A program made the position numbers and the translations under genes. Below, piece after piece: positions 47,180-57,682 of a stretch of DNA of 64,000 nucleotides. Source of the stretch: an uncultured archaeon (lineage in GTDB: Archaea; Asgardarchaeota; Thorarchaeia; Thorarchaeales; Thorarchaeaceae). Location of the stretch: positions 1 to 64,000 of the forward strand of contig CAZLEV010000010.1 of assembly GCA_964558645.1 (NCBI GenBank), in the 5' to 3' direction. Each line of letters starts with the position of its first letter. Within the stretch, counting starts at the first letter, position 1. The notes under the pieces are model-generated. The model was not told the DNA's origin, ran no database searches, and saw only the letters and a program-made list of their open reading frames with translations.

Positions 47180-48295
47180 TCAAAATGGGTCGAACTCAAC
47201 TTGGAATCGGTCCCAAGAAGGATATTCAGTCGCAATCCCCAGTTTCCAATGGGATGGAATCTGATGCTTTATGTCTCCAGCTATCTCTTCCAATACCCAA
47301 GGTGCAATCTCAATTCGCATCCTTTGCTCATCTACATGCAGCAGATTATCCGGAATCTCGTAGCGAGTCAAGAGCATATTTGCAACACGCTCTAGTTCCC
47401 TTCTGTCAACTAATTCCCTCTGTGGAAGAAGCACTCCCAATATAAGAAGAGGCTCATCATCGACATCCACTTCCAACTCCCTTTTAGTTCTCTCAAGCCG
47501 TCGCCTCAATCTATTACGCATCTGAACCGAGTCCTTGAAGCTGGCAGAGCAATAGTGTACTGTGAGGCTCGCGAGTTCTTCAGATGCCCAGTTAAGAATG
47601 CGATTTGCAAGAATCTTGCTGCCTGCAATTGAGGAGTTCTCCGTGCTTGTCAGTCGCATACCCAATGATGCCAACCGACTGAAATTGCTCTCGCTAGCTT
47701 CCAACTCATTCAAGTTGAGGAACTGGACACCATTTTCTTCTGCTCTAATTGCTGCCTCTTTCAATTGCCTCTCATGACCGGGAATGGCGGGCAGTTCAAG
47801 TCCTGTGGCTATCCCAAGTTCCACCGCGTCTTCGACGCCCTTCCAGTCATTGCCTTGTGGATGAAATCGTATCTCATCTAACCCCTTCTCTCTTAGGAGA
47901 ACAAGTGTTCCTCTGTCAATATCTGCCATAGAAGTATACAGATGGAGGTGAAAACTCGTTCCGTAATACTTCTTGAGACGCTCTATGTATCGGAGGGTTC
48001 TATCGGGTCTGCACAATGGATCGCCCCCACTCAGTCCAGCTCCCTTTGCTCCTATTGCCTCTGCCTCGCTCAGTACATCTGAGAATTCATCAACTGGCAT
48101 TTCGTCAGCAAATACCAAGTCCTTCCCCGCTTTCTCTCCTGACAGCGGGCAATAGAAACAGGCACTTTCGCAGAGTCCAGTGACGAAGAGCACCATCTTC
48201 TTTCCCTCGCCGCAGAATTGACAGCCGACGGGAAGATTTCCCACGACTAACGAACCTGCCTGTAGTTTTCTCACCTTACGTTTCACTTCTGGCAC
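47180..48295 (-). CDS. Radical SAM protein (COG2108 type)
   Basis: GCQFC..G.KMVLFVTGLC...CFYCP, GGDPL, DEIRFHP, NLNELE. Confidence 0.88.
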   Translation of the reverse strand: MPEVKRKVRKLQAGSLVVGNLPVGCQFCGEGKKMVLFVTGLCESACFYCPLSGEKAGKDLVFADEMPVDEFSDVLSEAEAIGAKGAGLSGGDPLCRPDRTLRYIERLKKYYGTSFHLHLYTSMADIDRGTLVLLREKGLDEIRFHPQGNDWKGVEDAVELGIATGLELPAIPGHERQLKEAAIRAEENGVQFLNLNELEASESNFSRLASLGMRLTSTENSSIAGSKILANRILNWASEELASLTVHYCSASFKDSVQMRNRLRRRLERTKRELEVDVDDEPLLILGVLLPQRELVDRRELERVANMLLTRYEIPDNLLHVDEQRMRIEIAPWVLEEIAGDIKHQIPSHWKLGIATEYPSWDRFQVEFDPF

Positions 48296-48299
48296 ACAC

Positions 48300-48998
48300 T
48301 CATGTTCTTCTGTCAACAGTCCTTCTAAGAGCGGGATTTCGATCAATGAGATACTTACTCTCTGCTTCAAAGGTAGAATCCTCTGGTACCGGGTGTGTCA
48401 GATATACGCCGGTTCTTCCAACCGACTCTCTTCTTGTGAGAACTCGAACCCGTTCTCTGGCAATCTCTACACTCACATTCAACTTCCGTGCAACACTGGC
48501 CTCATGTCCAATAACCCCGCTTTCGATATGCCCTTCATCCGTGGGCTTAATCAATACGAGTCTCTTGTCAACTCCCGGAACTCGGGACTGAGTCTCGATC
48601 TGTTCAATATTGACGGTCCCTCCCCATCTATAGAATTCTCTCTCTCTTGACATCATCTTAAACATAGGAAATGAAATGGTTGTACGAGAATCAAGATACA
48701 GGTGCCCTTTCAATATAGATGACGGTGTGGCCTGAACCAGTTCTCTGCGCACACCCCTCCCCACTGATAATTCAATGCGGTAACTTGCAACCCGATAGGG
48801 GATGACTATATCTATATCCGATTTCTTGGTGATGTCGCCTCGCGCTAGTGAACCGTAGACGAGGCATCTTATGCCTCCCTCTATTAGCTTGAACATGCTC
48901 TCTTCTGCAGCACTGCGGAGTTCTCGGAAGACCTGCCAGTGCTGATCATCATAGAGAACTTCTCGCGTTCCATGCAATATCTCTGGCTTCCTTGCCAT
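48300..48998 (-). CDS. Pol-beta-like nucleotidyltransferase (COG2413 type)
   Basis: YGSLARGD...SDID, VQATP, RVPGVDKRL, GRTGV. Confidence 0.85.
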   Translation of the reverse strand: MARKPEILHGTREVLYDDQHWQVFRELRSAAEESMFKLIEGGIRCLVYGSLARGDITKKSDIDIVIPYRVASYRIELSVGRGVRRELVQATPSSILKGHLYLDSRTTISFPMFKMMSREREFYRWGGTVNIEQIETQSRVPGVDKRLVLIKPTDEGHIESGVIGHEASVARKLNVSVEIARERVRVLTRRESVGRTGVYLTHPVPEDSTFEAESKYLIDRNPALRRTVDRRT

Positions 48999-49001
48999 CA
49001 G

Positions 49002-49934
49002 TCAAGTCCTACCTCCAAGTTCTTGAAGCATGGTGCAGACCTTGCAGAGTTTTCCGGTAGTTGGTTCTCCACACCTCTGGCATGTTCCAGCTCTGCCTTT
49101 ACTCTGAGCCTCACAAAAGGCGTCAGATATCGCCTCGCCTGAGTGTAACACTGCAAGAAGAGTGCCCGGCCGTCTGTGTTCCATCTCATTCAGGAAGTCC
49201 CGTATGTCGTTCCGATATGCTTCAGAAGCATAAGGGCATGGGACATCATGATAGGGCAAATTCAAGAAATGGGTGTAAGCAACTATATCCCTCTCTGACA
49301 ACTGAATCAGAGGCTTGATCCTAGGTACAAAGCCCTCCATAGTTCTCTCTCTTGGTCGATTCATTCTGGCCATCCTCTTCGTATCACCTCTGAGGATGTT
49401 CATGACTATGGTCTGTGCCTCATCATCTAGAATATGTCCAGTTGCCAAGACATCCCCTTCCAGCTCCTTGGCGGCTTGATTTAGAGCTCTTCTCCTGAAG
49501 ACCCCGCAATAGGAACAGGCACCAAGAGAATCGGGTGGCCGGTTCTTGATCATCTCATCAAGTGACATTCCAAAATAGTGTGAGAAAGTACGCACTATCA
49601 AATCATGTCCCAGCGAATCTGCCAGCTTCACTGCTGCTTCACGTGCTCGGTCCCTATACCCTTTGATCCCTTCATCTATGATTAGAGGAATCACTTCTGA
49701 CTTCGGAAAGCAACTCTCTATTCGTGTAAGAATGTCTAAGAGGACCGCGCTGTCCTTCCCACCCGAAACTGCAACGATTATGCGGTCATCCTCTTTGAGC
49801 AAGGCCTGCCCGTTGATAGTTCGCCTTACCCTATCCTGTGTTGTTTTCACGAGGCAGGAAACGCACAGTCTCTCATTCGTATACCGTCTCAGATAGACTG
49901 CTGATTCTCCACATTTCGAGCACTCTATGCTCAT
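49002..49934 (-). CDS. ncsA: tRNA 2-thiolation protein TtuA/NcsA
   Basis: N- and C-terminal Zn fingers, SGGKDS, CSYCGVFRR, TGH..DD, CPY. Confidence 0.9.
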   Translation of the reverse strand: MSIECSKCGESAVYLRRYTNERLCVSCLVKTTQDRVRRTINGQALLKEDDRIIVAVSGGKDSAVLLDILTRIESCFPKSEVIPLIIDEGIKGYRDRAREAAVKLADSLGHDLIVRTFSHYFGMSLDEMIKNRPPDSLGACSYCGVFRRRALNQAAKELEGDVLATGHILDDEAQTIVMNILRGDTKRMARMNRPRERTMEGFVPRIKPLIQLSERDIVAYTHFLNLPYHDVPCPYASEAYRNDIRDFLNEMEHRRPGTLLAVLHSGEAISDAFCEAQSKGRAGTCQRCGEPTTGKLCKVCTMLQELGGRT

Positions 49935-50171
49935 GTCCAATACGTCCAAACCACACTGTGACCAAAGCGCTGTTAAGGATACTCATGGCTCTTCTCTTCT
50001 TTTTAGCTCCCCAGTTCTGGTGTTTCCACTCGTGATATCATGAGCACCTTCTCTGACGGGTTGGAATGGGCGGCATGGATGATCGGACCGCATACAGTCT
50101 GCCTGAGAAGGCCCCTCAGGAAACTTATTGCGAGAGACAGATAGCTTCTCTAGTCGAGCCATGTACTCACT

Positions 50172-51341
50172 TCAGAATATGCCCTTACCGAACCAGAAGC
50201 TTAGGACGATGCTGAGGACGACTATTAGCAGCGAAGCAATCCGAAGAGGCCACATAACCAGTCTGATCTTCTTCTCATCATCGGTCAACAAGCTCAGGCC
50301 ATTTGATAGCAATCTCTCTCCGTCCAAGAAGGGTATGGGCAAGAGATTGAAAAGAGCAACCGAGAACTGAATTATGAACGACCAAGTCAGCACTTGCTGC
50401 ATGTGAAATGCAAAGAGTGGCCCGCCTGGTATCCATCCCCATCCTGGCTTAGGTTCCCAATAATCTGCCCCATATATCCCGATGTATCCAAGTGAGCTGT
50501 TCCCCTCGCTTTCGGCGAGTGTGATTGTTTCAGAGCCTTCTAGCGTGTGTACTATGAGTTGAGATCCCGCAGGTGCATCCATCATGAACTGGGATATGTC
50601 TACCCATCTCTCAATATCAGTATCATTCAACCCAATAATCACATCGCCTATTTCGAGTGCATCTGCTCCAGGTGAACCTGGTACCACATCGTACACATAC
50701 GCCCCATTCGGGGGATTAAATCCCAAAGACATCATGGCCGGAAAGTTTGCAATCATCAAGAGTACGATAAATGCCCATATCAGATTGGAGAACGAGCCTG
50801 CGGCCAGCAGGCGCATCCTGTCCTTCGAGGATGCTTCTTTCTCGAATACTTCTTCGTCAGGTTCCACAAAAGCTCCAAACAGGACAAAGAAGGCCATAAG
50901 ACCCGAACTCTTGATTGGAATGTTATCCCTAGATGATGCAAGACCGTGAGCGAACTCGTGCACAACTAGAGTGAACGCCAATGCTATCATCAGGTATACC
51001 AAGGGCAATCCGGTGATTGTAATCCCCGGGATTATTGGCACCACTCCACCTGCGGTCTGAGGTTGGATGAAGAACTTCACCAGATTGTCTGCAAACATAG
51101 CAAAACCGGCAATCATTCCTCCAAATGCAACGACCACTCCTAGGCTGAAGAACCATCTCGGGATTCTCTTACCAACCTTGGTCAGAAACGAATTGAGCCG
51201 TTCAGTCTTGAACATGATAAAGAAAGGCGTTCCTGCTTCTACACCCCTCTGGCTGAGTTTCTCCTGTCCTATAGCCTGTGCAATCACGTAGATGACGAGA
51301 TAGATTCCCGCCAGAATTCCGAGTAAATAGATCGGGTCCAT
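50172..51341 (-). CDS. Site-2 protease (M50) with PDZ domain
   Basis: HEFAH, AFVEPD, NLLPIPFLDG. Confidence 0.92.
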   Translation of the reverse strand: MDPIYLLGILAGIYLVIYVIAQAIGQEKLSQRGVEAGTPFFIMFKTERLNSFLTKVGKRIPRWFFSLGVVVAFGGMIAGFAMFADNLVKFFIQPQTAGGVVPIIPGITITGLPLVYLMIALAFTLVVHEFAHGLASSRDNIPIKSSGLMAFFVLFGAFVEPDEEVFEKEASSKDRMRLLAAGSFSNLIWAFIVLLMIANFPAMMSLGFNPPNGAYVYDVVPGSPGADALEIGDVIIGLNDTDIERWVDISQFMMDAPAGSQLIVHTLEGSETITLAESEGNSSLGYIGIYGADYWEPKPGWGWIPGGPLFAFHMQQVLTWSFIIQFSVALFNLLPIPFLDGERLLSNGLSLLTDDEKKIRLVMWPLRIASLLIVVLSIVLSFWFGKGIF

Positions 51342-51541
51342 GCATATCCATCCAATAGCAACGGTCTTGAAGGTGGCAATTTCTGGACTTGTTATAATGA
51401 TTATGCCATGGGCGTGAATCCTGAGGATATTCATGTCACGATTAATTCAGCTCGACCGCAAGCCTCATAAAGTGAGTCGGAGTCGCTAGCTTCAGTGTCC
51501 TGCCAGTGGGGACCATAAATTTCAAGGAAGTTGAAGTACAG

Positions 51542-51925
51542 TTGCCATTCAAGCTTGTCCTATCAGATCCCGAAACAGGTACGGCAATCCAGTACGAGTT
51601 AGACGATGCCAAGACAAATGCATTACTCGGCAAGCAGGTTGGGGAAATTGTGGAAGGCGATGTGATAGGTCTTCCAGGATACAAGCTCAAGATTACCGGC
51701 GGTAGTGATACTTCTGGTTTTCCAATTCGCCCGGACGTTCATGGCAGCGGTAAGCGGAAAGTACTCATACGTGGACGGCCAGGTCTTAGGCCCACACGGA
51801 AGGGAATAGCACGACGGAGAACCGTCCGAGGCCGTGAAGTCACCTCCGATCTCTCTCAGATTAATGTTAGAATTGAAGAGAAAGGCGGTACCCCTCTTGA
51901 AGAACTTGTTATGAAGGCTGCATAG
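51542..51925 (+). CDS. rps6e: Ribosomal protein eS6
   Basis: FKLVLSDP, ITGGSDTSGFP, RRTVRG. Confidence 0.95.
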   Translation: MPFKLVLSDPETGTAIQYELDDAKTNALLGKQVGEIVEGDVIGLPGYKLKITGGSDTSGFPIRPDVHGSGKRKVLIRGRPGLRPTRKGIARRRTVRGREVTSDLSQINVRIEEKGGTPLEELVMKAA

Positions 51926-52038
51926 TTACTTCTAAAGAGCACGGCACTGGGATCTCTATAGGCCGACCATAGACTTCTTATGTAGTGTCTTGCACTCTCG
52001 CTCGCGACAAACAAGGGACAGTTGGAAGTGAAGACTAG

Positions 52039-53280
52039 GTGAGCCCCAAGTACGAAGGACAATCAGAAGTGAGTATTGGTGCACTGGGCCATGTAGACCA
52101 CGGAAAGACAACTCTCGTGGAATACCTGACTGGTGAATGGACCGACCGTCACTCAGACGAGGTCAAAAGAGGCATATCGATTCGTCTCGGATATGCAGCT
52201 ACGACTCTAATGAAGTGCACAAAGTGCCCAGAGCCACAGGCCTTTACAACATCTCATCTCTTGAAAGATGGGAAGTGTCCTCACTGCGGTGGTTCGGTAG
52301 AAACTCTGAGAGAGATCTCCTTCGTAGATAGTCCCGGCCACGAGTCACTAATGGCCACATGCCTCAGCGGTGCAAGTCTGATGGATGGTGCCATTCTTGT
52401 GATAGCTGCTAATGAACCCTGTCCCATGCCTCAGACATCGGAGCATCTTCAGGCTCTCCAAATCGTCGGTGTCGAGAAAACAATCATAGTGCAAAACAAG
52501 ATTGAACTCGTTTCGCGAGAAGCGGCCAAAAAGCATTACCAACAGATCAAGGATTTTGTGAAGGGGACAATGGCAGAACAAGCCCCCATCATACCGGTAT
52601 CTGCAGTATTCGGAGCAAATGTAGACCTTCTGATTCAGACAATTCAAGAGATCATACCCACCCCTGAACGAAAGTCCGACGCACCCCCTAAGATGTTCAT
52701 TGCTCGTTCCTTTGATATCAATCGCCCAGGTACAACTCCCCCGGACTTAAGGGGAGGTGTAGTAGGGGGCTCCATCGTCCAAGGTCGATTGAAGGTTGGT
52801 GACGAGATAGAGATAGCTCCGGGTTCGCGAATAGACAAAGACTATCATCCCATAAAGGCTAAGGTGAGAAGCTTGCTCTCTGGCAGTGGAAATCCCTTGG
52901 AGGAGGCATATCCGGGTGGGTTGATTGGTGTGGGGACTGGTCTTGATCCATCATCTACTCGCGCCGATCGTCTAGTCGGAAATGTTCTTGGCAAAGAGGG
53001 TCAGTTACCGGATTCCGTTGACAAAATTATGTTACTTCCAGAACTGATGGGCCGTGTTGTAGGCATGGAGTCACAGAAAGAAGTGGAGAATCTGCGACTC
53101 AACGAACCTCTAATGCTGGTTGTGGGTACAGCTGCCACTGTTGGAGTCATTACTCGACTGCATGGTGACAAGATTGAGCTCTCTCTAAAGCGACCGGTAT
53201 GCGTTGAAGAAGGACAACGTATTGCTATCGGCCGTCGTGTTGAAAACAAATGGCGACTGATAGGGCATGCAGTTGTCTGA
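52039..53280 (+). CDS. eif2g: Translation initiation factor 2 gamma subunit
   Basis: GHVDHGKT, RGISIRLGY, DSPGH, QNKIE, RSFDINRPG, WRLIG. Confidence 0.97.
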   Translation: MSPKYEGQSEVSIGALGHVDHGKTTLVEYLTGEWTDRHSDEVKRGISIRLGYAATTLMKCTKCPEPQAFTTSHLLKDGKCPHCGGSVETLREISFVDSPGHESLMATCLSGASLMDGAILVIAANEPCPMPQTSEHLQALQIVGVEKTIIVQNKIELVSREAAKKHYQQIKDFVKGTMAEQAPIIPVSAVFGANVDLLIQTIQEIIPTPERKSDAPPKMFIARSFDINRPGTTPPDLRGGVVGGSIVQGRLKVGDEIEIAPGSRIDKDYHPIKAKVRSLLSGSGNPLEEAYPGGLIGVGTGLDPSSTRADRLVGNVLGKEGQLPDSVDKIMLLPELMGRVVGMESQKEVENLRLNEPLMLVVGTAATVGVITRLHGDKIELSLKRPVCVEEGQRIAIGRRVENKWRLIGHAVV

Positions 53281-53298
53281 AACGGTAGTGCATCTGGA

Positions 53299-53706
53299 TT
53301 GCCAATAGAGGTTGTTCTTGATACTAATTTCTTACTTGTACCCGTGCAGTTCGCGATTGACGTGTTCACCGAAGCAGAAGAAGTGTTAGAAAAACGGCCG
53401 CGATTTATCATCTTGGATTCTGTTGCAGAAGAAATCGATGCGCGTCTTGAGAGTCCAAGAAGCCACATTGAAACTAAGCAGTTCACTGTGGCAAAGAGCC
53501 TCATTGAGAGATGCGAGCTCGTTCAGGTTGGTGAGAACATACGCACCCTACCGGTCGACGTCCAGATTCTAGAGTATGCGGCGGAACAAATGGCTGTCAT
53601 TGCCACCAACGACCGAATCCTTCGCAAGAAGGCTAGAAAACGTGGTATTCCCGTCCTCATGGTAAGAGGGAAAAAACGTTTAACTCTGGAAGGCTCGATA
53701 ATTTGA
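53299..53706 (+). CDS. PIN-domain protein (Fcf1/Utp24-like)
   Basis: VLDTNFL, VD, ATND..LR; conserved position after eif2g. Confidence 0.88.
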   Translation: MPIEVVLDTNFLLVPVQFAIDVFTEAEEVLEKRPRFIILDSVAEEIDARLESPRSHIETKQFTVAKSLIERCELVQVGENIRTLPVDVQILEYAAEQMAVIATNDRILRKKARKRGIPVLMVRGKKRLTLEGSII

Positions 53707-53856
53707 GACGATGTCACAATCTTTTTATGTTCACTGAAGTGAATCACCGCTGAGCCGTCGGGTAAAGACCATCGGACAAAACCGAGGTCTTATTGTTCTA
53801 GTAATTATCCTGTCAGGCAAACAGAATCTGCTCAAAGGAAGCAGGAGGTCCAACCA

Positions 53857-54456
53857 ATCTACTCAATCGTCACAGTAAGGGATATTGTAAGAATACCCCC
53901 ATCACAATTTGGCCAGCCTCTCAAGGAGGCTGCAATGATACACCTCAGAAAGAATCACGAAAATGTCCTAGACAGAGACATAGGCCTGATGATTGCGGTG
54001 ACCGATATTGATGAGATTGGTCAGGGACGCCTCATGCCAGGCGATGGTGCAACATATCATAGTGTCACGTATCAAGTATTGGTATTCAAACCGTCGCGAG
54101 GCGAGCTAGTAGAGGGAAATGTTGTAGAGATCATGGACTTTGGTGCCTTTATTCGGATGGGTCCACTGGATGGTCTCTGTCATGTGAGTCAAATATGTGA
54201 TGATTTCATTACACAGGATCCAAAGGGGAACGCACTCCTCGGAAAAGAGACGGGGCGCACCCTGCGGCAGGATGATTTGGTTCGTGCCAGAATAACTTCG
54301 ATCAGTTTCGAGTCAGGAAACAGATCCGGCAAACTAGGTCTTACCATGCGGCAGCCTTTCCTTGGAAAGATTGGCCCTGACGCCTCTTGGGTGGAAGATG
54401 ATGTCAAAGCCGCTCGTGGCGAAGCTGAGGACGAGAAGAAGAAAAAGAAGAAATAA
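53857..54456 (+). CDS. rpoE1: RNA polymerase subunit Rpo7 (E'); apparent ATC start
   Basis: (I)YSIVTVRDIVRIPPSQFG, PGDGATY, FGAFIRMGPLDGLCHVSQI, LTMRQPFLGK. Confidence 0.95.
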   Translation: MYSIVTVRDIVRIPPSQFGQPLKEAAMIHLRKNHENVLDRDIGLMIAVTDIDEIGQGRLMPGDGATYHSVTYQVLVFKPSRGELVEGNVVEIMDFGAFIRMGPLDGLCHVSQICDDFITQDPKGNALLGKETGRTLRQDDLVRARITSISFESGNRSGKLGLTMRQPFLGKIGPDASWVEDDVKAARGEAEDEKKKKKK

Positions 54457-54471
54457 TGTGGAGGAAGAAAG

Positions 54472-54684
54472 TTGGCACGTCTGAAAGCCTGTCGTCAATG
54501 TCACTATTTGACAAGCGAGAACATCTGCCCTAACTGCAAGAGCACAAATCTCTCGACATCCTATACTGGGATAGTCGTCATTCTACCTCCACGCGATCCC
54601 GACGAAGACCCAAGAGACTCGTCGTACATTGCAGATCGTCTTGGCGTTGACAAACCCGGCAAATACGCTCTAAAGGTACGTTGA
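54472..54684 (+). CDS. spt4: Transcription elongation factor Spt4
   Basis: KACRQC, CPNC, S.IA..LG..PGKYALKVR. Confidence 0.95.
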   Translation: MARLKACRQCHYLTSENICPNCKSTNLSTSYTGIVVILPPRDPDEDPRDSSYIADRLGVDKPGKYALKVR

Positions 54685-54769
54685 ACAGCATGTTTGCTAT
54701 GAAAGCTTTATTAGCCAACCAAAGGTCGGTTCGCTGACTAGACCGTCAAGTCAACTTCAGATATATAGA

Positions 54770-55072
54770 GTGATGTCAATGGAGTTAGAAATCATCCAGG
54801 AAAAGGAGAACAGGCCTCTCGGACGAAGGGAATTGAGCTTCAGAATCGAGCATGTTGATGGCACTACTCCTAGTAGGCGCGACGTTCGTTCCAAGCTTAT
54901 GGCGAAGTATGATGCAGATGCCTCATCTGTCATTGTCAATAGAATGGAAACTCGTTTTGGGATTGGCATCACGGAGGGTACGGCAAGAATCTATTCCGAC
55001 ATCGATCAGATGAAGCGCGTCGAAAGAGATTACATGTTGAAACGGAATGAAGACAAAAAGAAGGAGGCCTAA
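54770..55072 (+). CDS. rps24e: Ribosomal protein eS24
   Basis: NRPLGRRE, TPSR, TRFG, G.ARIY. Confidence 0.93.
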   Translation: MMSMELEIIQEKENRPLGRRELSFRIEHVDGTTPSRRDVRSKLMAKYDADASSVIVNRMETRFGIGITEGTARIYSDIDQMKRVERDYMLKRNEDKKKEA

Positions 55073-55075
55073 GAG

Positions 55076-55243
55076 ATGGCTGAAACTCACAAAAAGTACA
55101 AGGTTGACAAGAACGGCAATGTGTCTATTGACAAGAGACAATGCCCTCGATGTGAGAAGGGCACCTATATGGCCGAGCATTTCGATAGGTTCGCCTGCGG
55201 TCGTTGTGGCTATACAGAGTTCAAACGCAAGGACAAGAGCTAA
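55076..55243 (+). CDS. rps27ae: Ribosomal protein eS31 (S27ae), 55 aa, no ubiquitin fusion
   Basis: Manual translation: CPRC...[18 protein letters not shown]. Confidence 0.95.
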   Translation: MAETHKKYKVDKNGNVSIDKRQCPRCEKGTYMAEHFDRFACGRCGYTEFKRKDKS

Positions 55244-55282
55244 TTCTGATATTGACAATCGTTCTAGGTCAACAGCGAAGTG

Positions 55283-55540
55283 CTACTCCGCCACTATGGC
55301 CATCACCCATCTAACAAAGAATAACACTCCAACCACTAGCGTGAGCATTATATCTATCAGGAAGATGCCTGATATGACCACATCGACCATCGCAGATACA
55401 ATGAGCGCCAAAGGAAACGTGACGATATAAGGCAGCGTGGCAATAGTCAAAGATATTTCTTCGCTCGAAATCATTGCATTGACCAAGGTGACTATCCATA
55501 TCGAATAGATTGCCACAAGTATACCCACTTCCAATATCAT
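55283..55540 (-). CDS. Small three-TM hypothetical membrane protein
   Basis: Uniformly hydrophobic 85-aa ORF. Confidence 0.65.
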   Translation of the reverse strand: MILEVGILVAIYSIWIVTLVNAMISSEEISLTIATLPYIVTFPLALIVSAMVDVVISGIFLIDIMLTLVVGVLFFVRWVMAIVAE

Positions 55541-55756
55541 CAGTTATCATTCCCCGTCTTGAAATTCTGACCTATTATCAAACATTGTGCAGTACTCAAG
55601 GCTTTTGTTCTCATCTCACAGAGCCATACAGGCTCATCATGCTCCTAGTTTTCAGCACCAGTTCGCAATGCTTAAAACCCTGTCAGATTCATCCTAGTCT
55701 ACACAGCCAACAGAACTGTCTGATGGGGTCTGATACTGGATACCATCTACCAGACT

Positions 55757-55869
55757 AGCGGGTTGGGGAAGCCTGGCCTATCCCGCGGGGCTCATAAACG
55801 CGGAAACGCGTCGAGTTCCGTGATGGGGACACCCCGAGATCGGTCGTTCAAATCGACCACCCGCTACCA
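55757..55869 (+). tRNA. Initiator tRNA-Met(CAU) with 34-nt anticodon-loop intron (about 55798..55831)
   Basis: A1-U72 pair, consecutive G-C pairs in the anticodon stem, TCAT/ATGG central helix, encoded CCA. Confidence 0.93.
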
Positions 55870-56273
55870 TTTCTTCTGCTTTTCCAGATGCTTTTCATTA
55901 GATGAATCTTCAAGACATACGTCCCCTTTGATGAACCAAAGGGGAACGTGCCGACATCCTGCTAGTGTCTATGCGGCATGACCTCTCTTCAAAGACACAG
56001 TGGTGTACCACAGCTCGCGGCCGACTCTCATCGTGAATCTGACATATCATTGATTGGAAGCAAGACACTCTGACTACAGGGCGATATTCCTCCACGTTGA
56101 ACACGGAAAAACTCCATGAGGTCTGTCATGTTGACCTCGTTTCCATATACTTGAACAAGATACAGCGGTCTATGATCTCTTTCAAGGGTGCGGGTTGATT
56201 GATGTTCAACTCCATTTCTTACTCTGGATAGCTATCTATAGCTGTGATATCGGAGTAGTGATTTTGAAACCGT

Positions 56274-56693
56274 TCAGCTGATTGCATAAACGCCACTCAG
56301 AAGCATGTAGTTACTCCAGAGCAGCTGGTCCCAGTCGACTTCCTCCGACTCGAAATCCGATAGTCCTCGACATCGACCAATCCATCTCCAGCAGGGCATA
56401 CCGCTCACCAATTCAAGCTGATACAGATTGGCCTTGATGGAGCTGTATCTTACTTCTAGTAGAGTACCTTCTGCGAGTTCACTGAAGTCTGCCACTTCTA
56501 GTACTATCTTGCCATTCTCTTCCGCCCCCGCCTTTGATAGATAATACCTCGACTCCCTTCCTGTGTCTGGCTCTAGAACGACTATTGCTACGTGAGGCCT
56601 TGCAATTGGGTCCCAGTACCTCGGAATACTTGGTCTGCGAACTAAGATACAGTTCTTGATAGACTCCATACCTGCTGTGACCTCTACTTGCAT
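56274..56693 (-). CDS. Hypothetical protein
   Basis: ATG preceded by GAGAGG; no recognised motif. Confidence 0.5.
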   Translation of the reverse strand: MQVEVTAGMESIKNCILVRRPSIPRYWDPIARPHVAIVVLEPDTGRESRYYLSKAGAEENGKIVLEVADFSELAEGTLLEVRYSSIKANLYQLELVSGMPCWRWIGRCRGLSDFESEEVDWDQLLWSNYMLLSGVYAIS

Positions 56694-56902
56694 ATTCAAC
56701 CTCTCAGAGATGAGCTGCCAAAGTACCCATATAAGGTGGAGTTGTACTACCGTGATACGCAGAACTGCATCTAGACGCCTTCTAGTGGCCCTTCTTGAGG
56801 GCAGTCTTGGAAATCCTTGAGTTGGTCCCCTCACTTCCAAGAATAGGGACAAGACTACCCCCCACACATCTTAACAAACGGACAAACATATTATCTGGGT
56901 TG

Positions 56903-57211
56903 CTACTCTTCTTCCGGAGGCAACCCAATCACCAAAGGTCGGCCTTCATATATTGCCTGAATAACCTTCTTCCTCGCACTTGCAAGCATTCTCCAGATGG
57001 TGCCTCGTGACACACCCATTGAATATCCTGCCTGCTCTTGATACAATCCTTCTAGGTCAACTAGTCTTAGTGCTTCGGCCTCAGCAAGATTGAGATGGAT
57101 CGGCTCCTTGTTGTCATCGGGTCTTGGAACCATTCTCTCTATAGATGGTTTCTTGTCAATCGTTGGCTGGATTGGGAACCTCCCTCTTGCGCCTCTTCTT
57201 CTTCTATGCAT
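56903..57211 (-). CDS. DUF134 family DNA-binding protein
   Basis: EAEALRLVDLEGL.QE.AG..MGVSRGT..R.L.SARKKV. Confidence 0.9.
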   Translation of the reverse strand: MHRRRRGARGRFPIQPTIDKKPSIERMVPRPDDNKEPIHLNLAEAEALRLVDLEGLYQEQAGYSMGVSRGTIWRMLASARKKVIQAIYEGRPLVIGLPPEEE

Positions 57212-57260
57212 TACTAATCACCAGTTCCTAAGATGTGACCATTTAAGACATTATCTCTTC

Positions 57261-57318
57261 AGGTTACAATCAGTAACCTTTATATTCGTAGTTATGCACA
57301 CTTTAACTAGTTGTGCAT
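57261..57318. promoter_or_regulatory. Two inverted repeats in the DUF134/DUF5320 divergent promoter
   Basis: AGGTTAC-N5-GTAACCT (57261..57279) and ATGCACA-N11-TGTGCAT (57294..57318). Confidence 0.45.
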
Positions 57319-57334
57319 TTGCACAGAATAAAGG

Positions 57335-57679
57335 GTGAATGAAAAAATGTATGTATATGGCAGAGGTGGCGGTTGGGGCCGTGGACGCAGTAGCGGCCGA
57401 GGAGCTGGTCGTGGCCCATGGCCAGGTAATGGCCCTTTTAGTCATCTTCCTCCTTGGGAACGGCCTGGTTGGCTCTATGGTCCCGGGTCTTGCTGGGCAA
57501 TGGGATACTGGGGTGGCGTTTCGCCGACTGCAGCCACGCCCCCAACGGGAACAATTCCTGGGCCAGAGAATGTAGAAGCTCTCAGGCAGCAGAAAGAATT
57601 CTTAGAGAATCAGATCAAGTCACTACAGGATTCTATAGAGCGGATATCAAAACGTCTGGACGACATAAGTGAGCAATAG
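57335..57679 (+). CDS. DUF5320-like Gly/Arg-rich protein with C-terminal coiled coil
   Basis: GRG repeats, GPWPGNGPF..LPPWERPGW, LRQQKEFLENQI. Confidence 0.75.
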   Translation: MNEKMYVYGRGGGWGRGRSSGRGAGRGPWPGNGPFSHLPPWERPGWLYGPGSCWAMGYWGGVSPTAATPPTGTIPGPENVEALRQQKEFLENQIKSLQDSIERISKRLDDISEQ

Positions 57680-57682
57680 GAT

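Noticed and set aside
47180-48295. Radical SAM protein as the GRE activase
   Set aside because: It belongs to a widespread archaeal family linked to the adjacent nucleotidyltransferase and lies 20 kb away.
49950-50165. Expected small sulfur-carrier gene upstream of ncsA
   Set aside because: No minus-strand frame gives a beta-grasp protein ending in GG; the 59-aa ORF is unrecognisable.
55910-56216. ORF with in-frame TGA plus downstream hairpin as a possible selenoprotein
   Set aside because: No redox motif or known selenoprotein similarity; more likely degenerate DNA with a terminator-like stem.
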